Shown one piece after another: positions 1 to 10,081 of a stretch of 64,000 nucleotides of DNA. Within the stretch, counting starts at the first letter, position 1. The number at the start of each line of letters is the position of its first letter. The stretch is from an uncultured Clostridia bacterium (GTDB lineage: Bacteria; Bacillota; Clostridia; Oscillospirales; Oscillospiraceae). The DNA lies in NCBI GenBank assembly GCA_937890525.1, contig CALADI010000016.1, positions 15,944-79,943 on the forward strand. The letters run 5' to 3'. A program made the position numbers and the translations under genes. The notes under the pieces were generated by a model. The model saw only the letters and a program-made list of their open reading frames with translations, was not told where the DNA came from and did not search any database.

Positions 1-855
1 GCGCAAACCCAAGCCCGACTATCTGCCATCCTGCGGCAGGAAATGAATGTATCTTCCGGGCTGATGAACCGGCTGAAATGGGAGGATCGGATCTTGGTCA
101 ATGGCGTCCCTCAGCGCACCAACTATGGGGTGCAGCAGGGAGATGTGGTGAGCCTGCTTTTGGACGAACCGGAGCCGGAGTATCCGGCGGAGGATCTGCC
201 CCTAGAGATCCTGTATGAGGATGAACACATTCTGGCGGTGGATAAACCGGCGGGGATGCTGATCCACCCCTCCCGGAGCCGGGACACCGGGACGCTGGCC
301 AATGGGGTGGCGGGGTACTACCGCCGCACGGGGCAGAAGTGTGCCTTCCACCCGGTGACCCGGTTGGATCGGGATACCTTTGGGGTGGTTTTGATTGCCA
401 AAAACTCCCACATCCACGGGCTGCTCAACGAGTACCACGCAAGGGGGGATCTGCATAAGACCTACCATGCTTGGGTGCTGGGCTGCCCGGAGCCGGAGCA
501 GGGACGGGTGGATGCGCCCATCCTGCGCTGTCCGCTGCCCAGCCTGCTGCGATACATCGACCCGGCAGGCAAGCCCAGCGTCACCGAATACCGGGTGTTG
601 GAGCGGATGGAAGATACGGCGTTGGTGGAACTGAAGCCCCTGACGGGCAGGACCCATCAGCTTCGCCTGCACTGCACCCATCTGGGCTGTCCCATTTTAG
701 GCGATCCTCAGTATGGCACGGAAGTGTCAAGGCAGGTATCCCGAGAAATGGGATTGGAATACCAGCGCTTGTGCGCCAAGCATCTGGAGTTTCTCCACCC
801 CATCACCGGGGTACCCATGGGGATAGAATCTGCCATGAATGCGGTAAAATATTGA
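1..855 (+). CDS. RluA/RluD-family pseudouridine synthase (5' end outside window)
   Basis: Frame 1 is open from base 1 (ARLSAILRQE precedes the first Met), so the S4-like N-terminus lies upstream. Family motifs present: HILAVDKPAGMLIHP, HPVTRLDRDTFGVVLIAK (catalytic Asp context), GRTHQLRLH. Confidence 0.85.
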   Translation, partial: AQTQARLSAILRQEMNVSSGLMNRLKWEDRILVNGVPQRTNYGVQQGDVVSLLLDEPEPEYPAEDLPLEILYEDEHILAVDKPAGMLIHPSRSRDTGTLANGVAGYYRRTGQKCAFHPVTRLDRDTFGVVLIAKNSHIHGLLNEYHARGDLHKTYHAWVLGCPEPEQGRVDAPILRCPLPSLLRYIDPAGKPSVTEYRVLERMEDTALVELKPLTGRTHQLRLHCTHLGCPILGDPQYGTEVSRQVSREMGLEYQRLCAKHLEFLHPITGVPMGIESAMNAVKY

Positions 856-865
856 GTTTTCTGTG

Positions 866-905
866 TAAAAAGTCCCTCCTGCGTTTTCGCAGGAGGGACT
901 TTGCT
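866..905. terminator. Bidirectional rho-independent terminator between convergent genes
   Basis: Perfect 13-bp stem agtccctcctgcg / cgcaggagggact with tttt loop, flanked by an A-run upstream and T-rich sequence downstream. Confidence 0.7.
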
Positions 906-907
906 GT

Positions 908-1654
908 TTAGGAGCGAGCCATTCCGTCTACGCTGAGCACCACGCCGGTGATATAGGATGCTTCGTCGGAAGCAAGGAAAACGAAGGCGTTGGCGATATC
1001 CACGGGCTGACCAAGCCGCCGCAGGGGGATCTGGCGGATCATGGGGTCGATGATCTCCTTGGGTACGGAACGCATCATGTCGGTTTCCGTGATCCCCGGC
1101 GCAACTGCATTGACCCGGATGCCCTTGGGACCCAACTCCCGGGCAAGGGATACAGTCAGGCCATTGACGGCGAACTTAGAAGCGGGGTAGGCGAAGCCGC
1201 TGGGCTGACCGGAGATGCTGACCATGGAAGAGGTGGACAGGATCACACCGCTTCCCCGGGCGATCATGCACTCCGATGCGGCCTTGGTGGCGTTGAATAC
1301 GCCCTTCACATTCAGATCCATGACCTTGTCAAAGGTCTCCTCGGTGTACTCCGTGAAAGGGGTGCTCTCGGAAACACCGGCGTTGTTCACCAGAATGTCC
1401 ACACAGCCGTATTGTTCGGTAGCTTCCCGGAAGGCGTTTCGAACGGATTCCAGACTGGAAAGATCCGGGGCGATGCCCGCCACGGTGGCATTGGGGTGGC
1501 GCTCCTTCAGAGCGGCAACTGCCTTCTCAGCGGATGCTTGGGTGCTGGCGGTGAGGATGACGGTGGCACCCTCGTCCAGAAAACGGTCTGCGGTGGCAAA
1601 GCCGATGCCTCGGCTGCCGCCGGTGATGATGGCAACTTTATTCTCAAGTCTCAT
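908..1654 (-). CDS. Short-chain dehydrogenase/reductase (FabG-like 3-oxoacyl reductase family)
   Basis: TGGSRGIG Rossmann motif, NNAG, catalytic YPASK (YxxxK). GGAGG RBS about 7 nt upstream of the ATG. Confidence 0.85.
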   Translation of the reverse strand: MRLENKVAIITGGSRGIGFATADRFLDEGATVILTASTQASAEKAVAALKERHPNATVAGIAPDLSSLESVRNAFREATEQYGCVDILVNNAGVSESTPFTEYTEETFDKVMDLNVKGVFNATKAASECMIARGSGVILSTSSMVSISGQPSGFAYPASKFAVNGLTVSLARELGPKGIRVNAVAPGITETDMMRSVPKEIIDPMIRQIPLRRLGQPVDIANAFVFLASDEASYITGVVLSVDGMARS

Positions 1655-1736
1655 AGGAAGAACCTCCGTGTGTTGTATTTGTCCTTAGGATACACCCGCA
1701 GATGAGAAAAATCCGTGACCAAGTCACATAGCTGCC

Positions 1737-1779
1737 GAAAAACAGAACCCCCGCAGACAGCGGTGCTGCCTGCGGGGGA
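1737..1779 (-). terminator. Terminator downstream of tpiA
   Basis: On the minus strand the stem cccccgcag / ctgcggggg is followed by ttctgttttt. Confidence 0.6.
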
Positions 1780-1793
1780 GATGGTATGAAAGA

Positions 1794-2570
1794 TCAAGCG
1801 GTGGGCTGGTTGGCAGCCTGAATGATCTGCAGGAACTTCTCGGGAACCAGAGAAGCGCCGCCGATGAGACCGCCGTCGATGTCGGGCTGAGCCAGCAGCT
1901 CGAAGGCGTTCTTCTCGTTCATGGAGCCGCCGTAGAGGATGGAGATGGCACGGGCGTTCTTGGAGCTGTACAGCTTGCGAACCACGGTGCGGATGTGCTC
2001 ACAGACCTCCTCAGCCTGCTCGGGGGTAGCGGTCTTGCCGGTGCCGATGGCCCAGATGGGCTCGTAGGCGATGACGACCTTGCGGATCTTGTCCTCGGAC
2101 ACGCCCTGCAGGCCGGACTTGATCTGCATAGCGATCCACTCGGCGGTGATGCCGGACTCACGCTGCTCCAGAGTCTCGCCGCAGCACATGATGGGGATCA
2201 GACCGGCTTCCAGAGCGGCCAGAACCTTTGCGTTGACATCGGCATCGGTCTCGCCCATGGCACGGCGCTCGGAGTGGCCGATGATGACATACTTACAGCC
2301 GGCGTCAACCAGCATGCCGGTGGAAATCTCGCCGGTGTAGGCACCGCTGGCGTTGGCGTTGCAGTTCTCGGCGCCGATGCCCACGCGGGTCTCACGCATA
2401 GCGCGCACGGCAGCGGGGATGCACACGGCGGGGACGCACAGGGCAACATCGCACCAGCGGCCCTTGGGCATCATGCCCTTGAATGCGGTCATGAATTCCT
2501 TGGTCTCGCTGGGGGTCTTGTTCATCTTCCAGTTGCCGGCGATGATGGTCTTACGATACTTTCTGTTCAT
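1794..2570 (-). CDS. tpiA: Triose-phosphate isomerase
   Basis: AGNWKMN, IIGHSERR and AYEPIWAIGTG motifs. AGGAG RBS. Confidence 0.95.
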   Translation of the reverse strand: MNRKYRKTIIAGNWKMNKTPSETKEFMTAFKGMMPKGRWCDVALCVPAVCIPAAVRAMRETRVGIGAENCNANASGAYTGEISTGMLVDAGCKYVIIGHSERRAMGETDADVNAKVLAALEAGLIPIMCCGETLEQRESGITAEWIAMQIKSGLQGVSEDKIRKVVIAYEPIWAIGTGKTATPEQAEEVCEHIRTVVRKLYSSKNARAISILYGGSMNEKNAFELLAQPDIDGGLIGGASLVPEKFLQIIQAANQPTA

Positions 2571-2609
2571 GGTGGATTCTCCTTGTTCTATCTTGGTTAC
2601 ATACAGACA

Positions 2610-2633
2610 CTATGCCGGGGTGCCCCGGCATAG
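2610..2633 (-). other. Intercistronic GC hairpin between pgk and tpiA (no U-tract)
   Basis: Perfect palindrome ctatgccgggg tg ccccggcatag in the 92-nt pgk-tpiA spacer. It is not followed by a T-run on the coding strand, so an mRNA stability/processing element or weak attenuator fits better than a full terminator. Confidence 0.4.
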
Positions 2634-2662
2634 CATCAGAGAAAAACTCGGTGGATATCAGA

Positions 2663-3862
2663 TCACTTGTCCTGCAGGCAGGCGATGCCGGGCAGCTCCA
2701 GACCCTCCAGGAACTCCAGAGAAGCGCCGCCGCCGGTGGAGATGTGGGTGATCTTGTCAGCGAAGCCCAGCTGCTCACAGGCAGCAGCGCTGTCGCCGCC
2801 GCCGACGATGGTCACAGCCTCGGAATCGGCCAGAGCCTGAGCCACAGCGATGGTGCCCTTTGCCAGAGTGGGGTTCTCGAACACGCCCATGGGGCCGTTC
2901 CAAACCACGGTCTTGGCAGCCTTGGCAGCAGCGGCGAACTCGGACTGAGCCTTCTCGCCGATGTCCAGACCCATCTTGCCGGCGGGGATGGCGTCCGCCA
3001 TCACGGTCTCGACGGAGATCTCAGCATCGATGGGGTTGGGGAATGCGTCAGCGACCACCACATCCACAGGCAGCAGCAGCTTCACGCCCTTGGCCTCGGC
3101 CTTAGCCATCATCTCCTTGCAGTAATCCAGCTTCTCGTTGTCCACCAGAGAGGAGCCCACATCGTAGCCCTTGGCAGCCAGGAAAGTGAAGGCCATGCCG
3201 CCGCCGATGATCAGGGTGTCGACCTTCTCCAGCAGGTTGTTGATGACATTGAGCTTGTCGGAGACCTTGGCGCCGCCCAGAATGGCGACAAAGGGACGCT
3301 CGGGGTTGGCCAGAGCCTTGCCCATGATGCCGACTTCCTTCTCGACCAGGAAGCCACAGACGGCGGGCAGGTAGTCAGCCACACCGGCAGTGGAGGAGTG
3401 GGCGCGGTGGGCAGTGCCGAAAGCGTCGTTTACGAAAATGTCAGCCAGGCTGGCCAGCTGCTTGGACAGCTCGGGATCGTTCTTGGTCTCGCCCTTGATG
3501 TAGCGGGTGTTCTCCAGCAGCATCACATCGCCGTCCTTCAGAGCGGCGGCCTTAGCCTGAGAATCCTCGCCTGCCACATCGGCAGCCATGATGACTTCCT
3601 TACCCAGCAGCTCGCTGAGACGGTCAGCGACCACCTTCAGGCTCAGCTCGGGCTTCCACTCGCCCTTGGGCTTGCCCATGTGGGAGCAGAGGATGACCTT
3701 GGCGTTGTGCTCGATCAGGTACTGGATGGTGGGCAGAGCAGCGACGATCCGCTTGTCGCTGGTGATCTTGCCGTCCTTGGTGGGGACATTGAAGTCACAG
3801 CGGCACAGAACGCGCTTGCCGGCTACATCGATGTCCAGGATAGACTTCTTATTGTAGTTCAT
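2663..3862 (-). CDS. pgk: Phosphoglycerate kinase
   Basis: Full-length 399 aa. N-terminal RCDFNVP motif and typical Pgk hinge and C-domain sequence. GGAGG RBS. Confidence 0.95.
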   Translation of the reverse strand: MNYNKKSILDIDVAGKRVLCRCDFNVPTKDGKITSDKRIVAALPTIQYLIEHNAKVILCSHMGKPKGEWKPELSLKVVADRLSELLGKEVIMAADVAGEDSQAKAAALKDGDVMLLENTRYIKGETKNDPELSKQLASLADIFVNDAFGTAHRAHSSTAGVADYLPAVCGFLVEKEVGIMGKALANPERPFVAILGGAKVSDKLNVINNLLEKVDTLIIGGGMAFTFLAAKGYDVGSSLVDNEKLDYCKEMMAKAEAKGVKLLLPVDVVVADAFPNPIDAEISVETVMADAIPAGKMGLDIGEKAQSEFAAAAKAAKTVVWNGPMGVFENPTLAKGTIAVAQALADSEAVTIVGGGDSAAACEQLGFADKITHISTGGGASLEFLEGLELPGIACLQDK

Positions 3863-3887
3863 GATGATTCCTCCAAATTACTGGGGA

Positions 3888-4370
3888 TTAACCCCGCATT
3901 TTTCCAAAATCCTGCAAACCGGGAAACTCTAACTGGCGGAGCGCTTCGTAGACCGTGATGGCCACGCTGTTGCTCAGGTTCAGGCTGCGGGCCTGAGCAC
4001 GCATGGGCAGGCGGATGCATTCATCATGGTGCTCAGCAAGGAAAGACTCGGGCAGCCCCTTGGTCTCTTTGCCGAAGAACAGATAGCAGCCGTCTTCAAA
4101 GCGTGCTTGGGTATACGAGCGGGGCGCTTTCGTGGAAAGGCACCACATCTGGCGGACATCGTTCTTTTGGAAGAAGTCCTCCAGATTTTCGTAATCCAGA
4201 ACCTCCACCATATGCCAGTAATCCAAACCGGCACGGCGGACAGCCTTCTCTGAAATGTCAAAGCCCAACGGGCGGATCAGATGCAGTCTGGATCCCGTAG
4301 CGGCACAGGTCCGGGCGATATTTCCGCAGTTCTGCGGGATCTCCGGTTCTACCAATACAATATTCAGCAC
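3888..4370 (-). CDS. trmL: tRNA (cytidine/uridine-34 2'-O)-methyltransferase, SpoU/TrmL family
   Basis: 160 aa. IPQNCGNIARTCAATG, LFFGKETKGLPE and SLNLSNSVAI motifs. GTG start with GAGGTG RBS. Confidence 0.85.
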   Translation of the reverse strand: MLNIVLVEPEIPQNCGNIARTCAATGSRLHLIRPLGFDISEKAVRRAGLDYWHMVEVLDYENLEDFFQKNDVRQMWCLSTKAPRSYTQARFEDGCYLFFGKETKGLPESFLAEHHDECIRLPMRAQARSLNLSNSVAITVYEALRQLEFPGLQDFGKMRG

Positions 4371-4435
4371 ATCTTGACACCTCAGATCTGGAATGGGATC
4401 CGCAGAGGGGATTTCTGCGGTTTGCTTACCTGCTT

Positions 4436-4464
4436 ATTGTAAGTCAATTAGTTGATAAAATCAA
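4436..4464 (-). promoter_or_regulatory. Putative sigma-A promoter for trmL-pgk-tpiA
   Basis: Minus strand reads TTGATT, 17 nt, TACAAT inside an AT-rich spacer, about 65 nt upstream of the trmL GTG. Confidence 0.35.
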
Positions 4465-4643
4465 TCAGAAAATACGGAATTTTTCGATTATTACATACTA
4501 TCCACATAAAATGTAGGGGGTCGGTCGATATTTTGGTGAAAATGCCATTCACATTCTGCAAGAGTATCAAAAATGGGAAAAGAGATTTGTGCAAAAGGGA
4601 GAGATCCGCCGGGGAAACGGGAAAACCGTCCCGCAAGAGATAC

Positions 4644-4673
4644 AAAAAGCCGACTCTTGATCGAGCCGGCTTT
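4644..4673 (-). terminator. Terminator downstream of the small lipoprotein gene
   Basis: Minus strand aaagccggctcg...cgagtcggcttt hairpin (one bulge) followed by ttttgt. Confidence 0.55.
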
Positions 4674-4679
4674 GGGTGT

Positions 4680-5018
4680 TTAGGCAATGCGGATCTGCTC
4701 CACCGTGATGTGGGGCAGACCGTTGTAGTCCGTCACATGCTTCACATAATCGTATTCCACGGTGATCTTGTCCCCGACGGCAAGGACATCCTTTCCGTCG
4801 ATGGAGGAATAGGTGATCTGGACTTGAGTTTCGGTATCGTAGTGACTGTCGCCCTCGGTGACGAGGATGCGGCAGGACTGACCGTCCATATATTCTACTG
4901 TCCCGGTTATGGTGGATCCGTACAGATCCAGCGTGGGCAGGGTAGGTGCAGAGCCGCAGCCGGAAAACAGCCCAAGGATCAGCGCCGAAAGGATCAAAAG
5001 CAGGGAGAATTTACGCAT
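4680..5018 (-). CDS. Small secreted lipoprotein, function unknown
   Basis: Signal peptide with lipobox LFSGC. GAGGTG RBS. No family recognised. Confidence 0.6.
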   Translation of the reverse strand: MRKFSLLLILSALILGLFSGCGSAPTLPTLDLYGSTITGTVEYMDGQSCRILVTEGDSHYDTETQVQITYSSIDGKDVLAVGDKITVEYDYVKHVTDYNGLPHITVEQIRIA

Positions 5019-5147
5019 GGAAGTTCACCTCATAGATAGACTGCCTATATGATAGGATGTTTTGGCGAAAAAAGCAAGGAGGAACTTGCGCTTTTTGCAA
5101 AGAGAAAGAAAAATTCCGCCGTCCCCCTAGGAAACCCCGGCGCATTG

Positions 5148-5156
5148 TGCTATAAT
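5148..5156 (+). promoter_or_regulatory. Extended -10 element upstream of thiI
   Basis: TGcTATAAT located 32 nt upstream of the thiI ATG. No convincing -35 element. Confidence 0.4.
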
Positions 5157-5187
5157 GCAACAAAAATGGTACGATGGAGGAACCAAT

Positions 5188-6381
5188 ATGAAAGAGATCT
5201 TTTTGCTGAAGCTGGGTGAGGTGGTGCTCAAGGGCGCCAACAAGCGCCAGTTTGAGAGCCGGCTTCGGGCCAATGTCCGCCGCCGGATGAAGCCCTTCGG
5301 GGAATTCGATGTGTATATCATGCAGTCCACCGTCTATGTGGAACCAATGAACGAAGCGGCGGATGTGGACGGGGCATGGGAGGCCTGCAACAGCATCTTC
5401 GGCGTGGTGCGGCTGTGCCGTTGCCGTCCCTGTGAAAAGGACATGGATGCCATTTTTGCCACCATTGAGGAGTATCTGGGGGCGGATCTGGACTGCGCCA
5501 AGAGCTTCAAGGTGGAGTCCAAGCGCTCGGATAAGTCCTTCCCCATGAACTCCATCGCCATCTCTCAGGAGATCGGCGGGCGGCTGGCAGAGGCGCACCC
5601 GGATTGTCTGGTGGATGTCCACCACCCGGAGTACACGGTGTATGTGGAGATCCGGGATCTGGCGGCCTATGTCCACGGTCCGGCGCAGCCCGGTGCAGGC
5701 GGACTGCCCACCGGTGTGGGCGGCAGAGCCATGTGTCTGCTCTCCGGCGGCATCGATTCCCCGGTGGCGGCATATATGATGGCCAAGCGGGGCATGGAGA
5801 TCGAGTGCGTCCACTTCTTCTCCTATCCCTATACCTCCCAGCTTGCCAAGGATAAGGTGCTGGAGCTTGCCCGTCTGGTCACCCGCTATTCCGGCAGAAT
5901 GACCGTGAATGTGGTCAGCTTTACCCAGATCCAAGAGGCCATCCGGGACAATTGCCCGGAGGAGTATTTCACTCTCATCATGCGCCGGTTCATGATGGAT
6001 ATCGCCCAGCGCCTTGCCAAGCGGGACGGCTGCGGCGCGCTGATCACCGGCGAGAATCTGGGTCAGGTGGCCAGCCAGACTATGGAAGCCATGACCGTCA
6101 CCGGCGCTGTGGTGGACATCCCCATCTTCATGCCCTTGGTGGGTATGGACAAGGAGGAAATCGTCACCATCGCCCGGAAGATCGGCACGCTGGATACGGC
6201 GATCCTGCCCTATGAGGACTGCTGCACCGTCTTTACGCCCAGACATCCCAAGACCAAGCCCACGCTGGGGCAGGTGCTCCATGCCGAGCGGGATCTGGAT
6301 CGGGAGGAGCTGATCCGTCAGGCGCTGGAATCCGTGGAGCGGATCGGGGTGAAGTACGATGAGACAGAGCCTTTCTGCTGA
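5188..6381 (+). CDS. thiI: tRNA 4-thiouridine(8) synthase ThiI
   Basis: Start moved to the ATG preceded by GGAGGA (MKEIFLLKLGEVVLKG). THUMP-type N-terminus and PP-loop LLSGGIDSPVAAYMM. Confidence 0.9.
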   Translation: MKEIFLLKLGEVVLKGANKRQFESRLRANVRRRMKPFGEFDVYIMQSTVYVEPMNEAADVDGAWEACNSIFGVVRLCRCRPCEKDMDAIFATIEEYLGADLDCAKSFKVESKRSDKSFPMNSIAISQEIGGRLAEAHPDCLVDVHHPEYTVYVEIRDLAAYVHGPAQPGAGGLPTGVGGRAMCLLSGGIDSPVAAYMMAKRGMEIECVHFFSYPYTSQLAKDKVLELARLVTRYSGRMTVNVVSFTQIQEAIRDNCPEEYFTLIMRRFMMDIAQRLAKRDGCGALITGENLGQVASQTMEAMTVTGAVVDIPIFMPLVGMDKEEIVTIARKIGTLDTAILPYEDCCTVFTPRHPKTKPTLGQVLHAERDLDREELIRQALESVERIGVKYDETEPFC

Positions 6382-6832
6382 GGTGCTGGAGCGCCTGAAA
6401 GGAAAGCGGCTTGCCACGGCGGAGAGCCTCACCGGCGGCGGGATCGGCAGCGCCATCACGGCGGTGCCCGGTGCGTCGGCGGTCTATGCCGGGGGGATCA
6501 TCAGCTATACAAACCATGTGAAGCATAAGCTGCTGGGGGTTTCTGAAGAACTGCTGACCCGGTTCGGTGCAGTTTCCGCCCCGGTGGCAGAAGCCATGGC
6601 GCAGGGGGCACGCAGGGCGCTGGATGCCGACATTGCGGTGTCCGTCACCGGGCTTGCAGGTCCCGATGGGGACGAATTCGGTCACTGCGTGGGCACGGTG
6701 TTCATCGGCTATGCAGACGCACAGACGGTATGCTGTGAGGAGCATCATTTCAGCGGAGACCGCCAGCAGATCCGGCAGCAGACCATTGATGCCGGGCTGG
6801 AACTGATCCTGCGGCAGAACACCTGCGGATAA
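6359..6832 (+). CDS. CinA C-terminal-domain protein (PncC-type nicotinamide-nucleotide amidohydrolase family)
   Basis: ESLTGGGIGSAITAVPGAS and VSVTGLAGPDG motifs. 23-nt overlap with the thiI stop. Confidence 0.85.
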   Translation: MRQSLSAEVLERLKGKRLATAESLTGGGIGSAITAVPGASAVYAGGIISYTNHVKHKLLGVSEELLTRFGAVSAPVAEAMAQGARRALDADIAVSVTGLAGPDGDEFGHCVGTVFIGYADAQTVCCEEHHFSGDRQQIRQQTIDAGLELILRQNTCG

Positions 6833-6863
6833 TGGATCGATCCTATCTTTGATATAATACGCC

Positions 6864-6900
6864 AAACGGCGGCAGATGCTTACCATCTGCCGCCGTTTTT
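6864..6900. terminator. Bidirectional terminator between convergent genes
   Basis: 15-bp perfect stem aaacggcggcagatg / catctgccgccgttt with A/T runs on both sides. Confidence 0.75.
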
Positions 6901-6906
6901 GCATCT

Positions 6907-8286
6907 TTAGGAGGAGTATTTCCCCGGGGTGATGCCCACTTCCCGTTTGAATTTCTTGATGAAGTAGAAATAGTCGTTGAAGCCCACAGCTTCGCTCACC
7001 TCGTTCAGAGACATTTTCGTAGTTTTCAGCAGTTCCTTGGCCTTGTTGATCCGCAGTTCGGTGACATATTGGGTGTAGGTCAGTCCCGTTTCGCTCTTGA
7101 TCAACTGGCTGATGTAGGAGGAATTCAGGTGGAATTCCTCGGAGATCTTCTTCAGGGAGATGTCGCTGGCGTAATGCTCGTTGAGATAGCTGAGGATCTT
7201 CAGGAAACTCCCGGTGCCGGCAGAGGGCTGAGCTGGTGCAGCCACCCGCAGGGAACGGCTGAATTCCTCCAAAATATCGGATAAATGCAGGTATTCCGAC
7301 GCCAGCTGCTCGAATCCGTACAGATAGGCTTCCTCATCCCCGTTGTTTTGCAGGGCGGGGCACATGGCAATGTGATTCAGCAGGCGAAAGGCGGTGCGGA
7401 TATTCAAAATGGTGGAGCAGTTGGCAAGGCTCAATTCGTGGAGCCATGTTTTCATTCGCTCCGGGCTGGATTTGTAGGCATCAAACTGGCGGAACAGATC
7501 TTCTGACAGAGATTCTTCCACAAGTTGTGTACAAAGTGTGGGACTGCCGTTGATGAAATATTGCAGCGTCATCACCAGCACATCATCCACCGCACCGGCA
7601 AGGTGCTCCAGAGGGATGGGGGCATCGGGCAGACCGATGCCGCTGCGCCCTTTGGCGAAGGCGATGATCTTGGCGGCGGCGGAACGATTGAGGGGGTGGT
7701 CGGAAAAATACAGGTATTTGTGCTTGCCCACTTTGTAGGAGAGGGCGGCCCCCAGATCCTTTTCGATGTTATGTACCCCCACGGAGCCTGCCAGATAGAT
7801 CCGGTTTCCCTTCAGACCCAGATCCGAGAAGATCTGCGCCACCGATGGGGTGTCCCCCTCCTCGATCCGATCCAGCAGAGCGTCGGCACGGGTAGAGGCT
7901 TTGCTGTACCCTTTTCGGACGGCACGAACCAGTATCTGGGAAAGCTGGGTCACATCGATGGGTTTCAGACAGTAATCCAGCACTTGAAGTTCAATGGCCT
8001 GCCGGGCATACTCGAAGTCGCTGTATCCCGTCAGCAGGATGATGGCAAGATCAGAAGAAAAACGCCGCACCTGCCGGCACAGTTCCAGACCGTCCATGCC
8101 CGGCATACGGATATCCGTGATGAGAATGTCCACGGGATGGTCGGTGATGTAGTCCAGCGCCTCTTGCCCGTTGTGGGCGCAGGCGCACACTTGCAGACCA
8201 AGCTGTGCCCAAGGGACTGCCGTTTTCAGATGGTTGAGTATGTGGTTTTCGTCGTCAGCGATCAGCACTTTCATCATGATGGTCAT
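6907..8286 (-). CDS. Response regulator with AraC-type HTH output (YesN-like)
   Basis: Receiver domain (VLIADDE, DILITDIRMPGMDG) plus C-terminal AraC HTH (LNEVSEAVGFNDYFYFIKKFKREVGITPGKY). The true start may be one of the Met codons 3-4 codons downstream. Confidence 0.85.
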   Translation of the reverse strand: MTIMMKVLIADDENHILNHLKTAVPWAQLGLQVCACAHNGQEALDYITDHPVDILITDIRMPGMDGLELCRQVRRFSSDLAIILLTGYSDFEYARQAIELQVLDYCLKPIDVTQLSQILVRAVRKGYSKASTRADALLDRIEEGDTPSVAQIFSDLGLKGNRIYLAGSVGVHNIEKDLGAALSYKVGKHKYLYFSDHPLNRSAAAKIIAFAKGRSGIGLPDAPIPLEHLAGAVDDVLVMTLQYFINGSPTLCTQLVEESLSEDLFRQFDAYKSSPERMKTWLHELSLANCSTILNIRTAFRLLNHIAMCPALQNNGDEEAYLYGFEQLASEYLHLSDILEEFSRSLRVAAPAQPSAGTGSFLKILSYLNEHYASDISLKKISEEFHLNSSYISQLIKSETGLTYTQYVTELRINKAKELLKTTKMSLNEVSEAVGFNDYFYFIKKFKREVGITPGKYSS

Positions 8287-10081
8287 TCCTCTTTTCTTCG
8301 ATAACAGGCAGGCGCAGCGTTACCTGCGTGCCCTCTCCCAATGTGCTGGCAAGGGTTAGTCCGTAAGGCTCCCCGTAGTTCAGCCGGATCCGATTGTGGA
8401 CATTCAGCAGTCCCACATGGGTGACGGCATGCCCCGTGGCAGGCTGAAGCAGCGCCTGCTGAAGCTGGGTCAGCTTGTCCTGGGGGATGCCTACGCCGTC
8501 GTCGTAGACATGGATCAGCAGATCCCCTTCGTCCAGCCGTGCGCCGATATAGATGGTGCCGCTGCCGGTTTTTGGCTCAATGCCGTGGCAGATGGCGTTT
8601 TCCACCAAGGGCTGGAGCAGCAGCTTCATCACCGGCAGCTGGCGGACATTGTCCCGGACGCTTTCCAACACATTCAGCCGGTCGGGGAAACGCATTTTCT
8701 GAATGGTCAGGTAAGCGCGGGTGATCTCCAATTCGTCTGCCAGAGGGATCATGGGAGCGCCCTTGATGTTGTGGCGGAGCAGTTTTCCCAGAGCGCCGGC
8801 GGCATCGGCGATTTCGGGCACATGGCGCTCGGCGGCCAGAGCCTGAATGGTTTCCAGAGTGTTGTACAGGAAATGGGGATTGATCTGGCTTCGCAGATAG
8901 TCCAGCTCCGCCTGCTTCAATCCCAGCCGGGTCTCGTACAGTTTTACCGTGGCTTCCTGAAGCTGATGGTTCAGGCGCACCTGCTTTTCCTGCATGGCGT
9001 TGAAGGATTGGCTGACCCGGACGATCTCCTCACAGCCGTCCAGTTTTAGGGGCGGCAGTTCCTCAGACAGGGGGGACACCGTGGCAAGGTCGATGTGGTG
9101 GGACAGACGGCTCAGCGGGCGGACGATGCTGCGCAGGATCAGGTGCATCAAAAACAGGATCAGGACCAGCGTTGCCACGGTGATGCCCACCAAAATGGCG
9201 GTGGAGCCGATCACATCGTGATTCAGTTCGTGACGGTTCATCACGCTGACCATAAACAGCCCGGTGTCATCCAACTGCTGGGAATGCACCAGAAAATCCG
9301 GTGTCTCGAACCGGAGACTGCGGTACCATTCAGATCCCAAGGTGTCGGCGGCCTGGTCGGTGATCTGGTCGGTGATATCCTGACTGCAGTTGAAAGAGAA
9401 CACACGCTCATGCTGATCCACCAGCAGGAAGTAGGTGGAGGTTCGGTCGGCGGTGGGCAGGGTGATGGAGGAGCGGGCAGGGTCGATGGACAGAATGATG
9501 CAGCCAAGATAACTGCCATAAAGCGAAGGATCGTGCATACCATATACATTGTGGCCGAACACCAGCCGCATGGAGGGATCCTTCTGCTGAGAGATCAGCG
9601 CAGAGCGGTATAGACCAAAGCAGTAGGAGCCGTAGGTTCCCTGAAGCTGATCGCTGAAATCACGCAGGGTATCTGCGTCAAAATAGTTAGACCAAGCGAT
9701 GGCAGGCGAGCAAAGGGCGATCTCCGAAAGATCCCGGTTCATCAGACTGTAAGAAGTGAACTGGGAACGCAGGGATGCCAGATACTTGGGCGTATCGGAG
9801 GAGTAGGGAGAATGAAGCATTTTCTCGATGGTTTCGTCGAAGAGCAGGCTGTTGGACAGGGCGTCCATTCGCTCAAACAGAAATTCGATCTCGGAATTGA
9901 ACTTCTGGGCGGTGTGAGAGGCATAGGACTCGGCGTTCTTCATCATCAGCTTGTCGATCACGCTGTAGCACAGCACGCTCAGCGCCAATCCCACCGCAAG
10001 CAGGCAGTACAGCACAAAATGGAATTGCTTTTTGATGGGTTTGTGAAAAATCGGCACGGCAGACCAGTCCTCCTTATGCAA
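8255..10081 (-). CDS. Sensor histidine kinase, YesM/LytS-type (His_kinase + HATPase)
   Basis: Two TM segments flanking a roughly 250-aa extracytoplasmic domain, a HAMP region, H-box YLRSQINPHFLYNTL and a C-terminal ATPase domain. Overlaps the regulator gene. Confidence 0.85.
   Translation of the reverse strand: MHKEDWSAVPIFHKPIKKQFHFVLYCLLAVGLALSVLCYSVIDKLMMKNAESYASHTAQKFNSEIEFLFERMDALSNSLLFDETIEKMLHSPYSSDTPKYLASLRSQFTSYSLMNRDLSEIALCSPAIAWSNYFDADTLRDFSDQLQGTYGSYCFGLYRSALISQQKDPSMRLVFGHNVYGMHDPSLYGSYLGCIILSIDPARSSITLPTADRTSTYFLLVDQHERVFSFNCSQDITDQITDQAADTLGSEWYRSLRFETPDFLVHSQQLDDTGLFMVSVMNRHELNHDVIGSTAILVGITVATLVLILFLMHLILRSIVRPLSRLSHHIDLATVSPLSEELPPLKLDGCEEIVRVSQSFNAMQEKQVRLNHQLQEATVKLYETRLGLKQAELDYLRSQINPHFLYNTLETIQALAAERHVPEIADAAGALGKLLRHNIKGAPMIPLADELEITRAYLTIQKMRFPDRLNVLESVRDNVRQLPVMKLLLQPLVENAICHGIEPKTGSGTIYIGARLDEGDLLIHVYDDGVGIPQDKLTQLQQALLQPATGHAVTHVGLLNVHNRIRLNYGEPYGLTLASTLGEGTQVTLRLPVIEEKRNDHHDESADR

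Noticed and set aside
2612-3958. 448-aa ORF on the plus strand, and the similar 5011-6459 (-), 10142-10972 (-), 14241-15521 (-), 30811-32469 (+), 37573-39120 (+), 39798-41396 (-), 44110-45399 (-), 46550-47806 (-), 53333-54592 (-), 55188-56492 (-), 56693-58084 (-), 58947-60536 (+), 61759-62844 (-)
   Set aside because: Each is the mirror frame of a gene with clear family signatures (pgk, thiI, the ABC permease, DUF4091, rnfC, the nucleotidase, metG, purM, AICARFT, dnaD/dnaI, HAD/yfbR, PPIase, purF-like, MFS/GDPD). None has recognisable motifs.
4400-4427. Hairpin ccgcaga/tctgcgg followed by tttgctt, looking like a plus-strand terminator
   Set aside because: No plus-strand gene ends upstream of it. 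It lies in the predicted 5' UTR of trmL on the opposite strand, where it is not followed by a U-tract. More likely a leader stem-loop.
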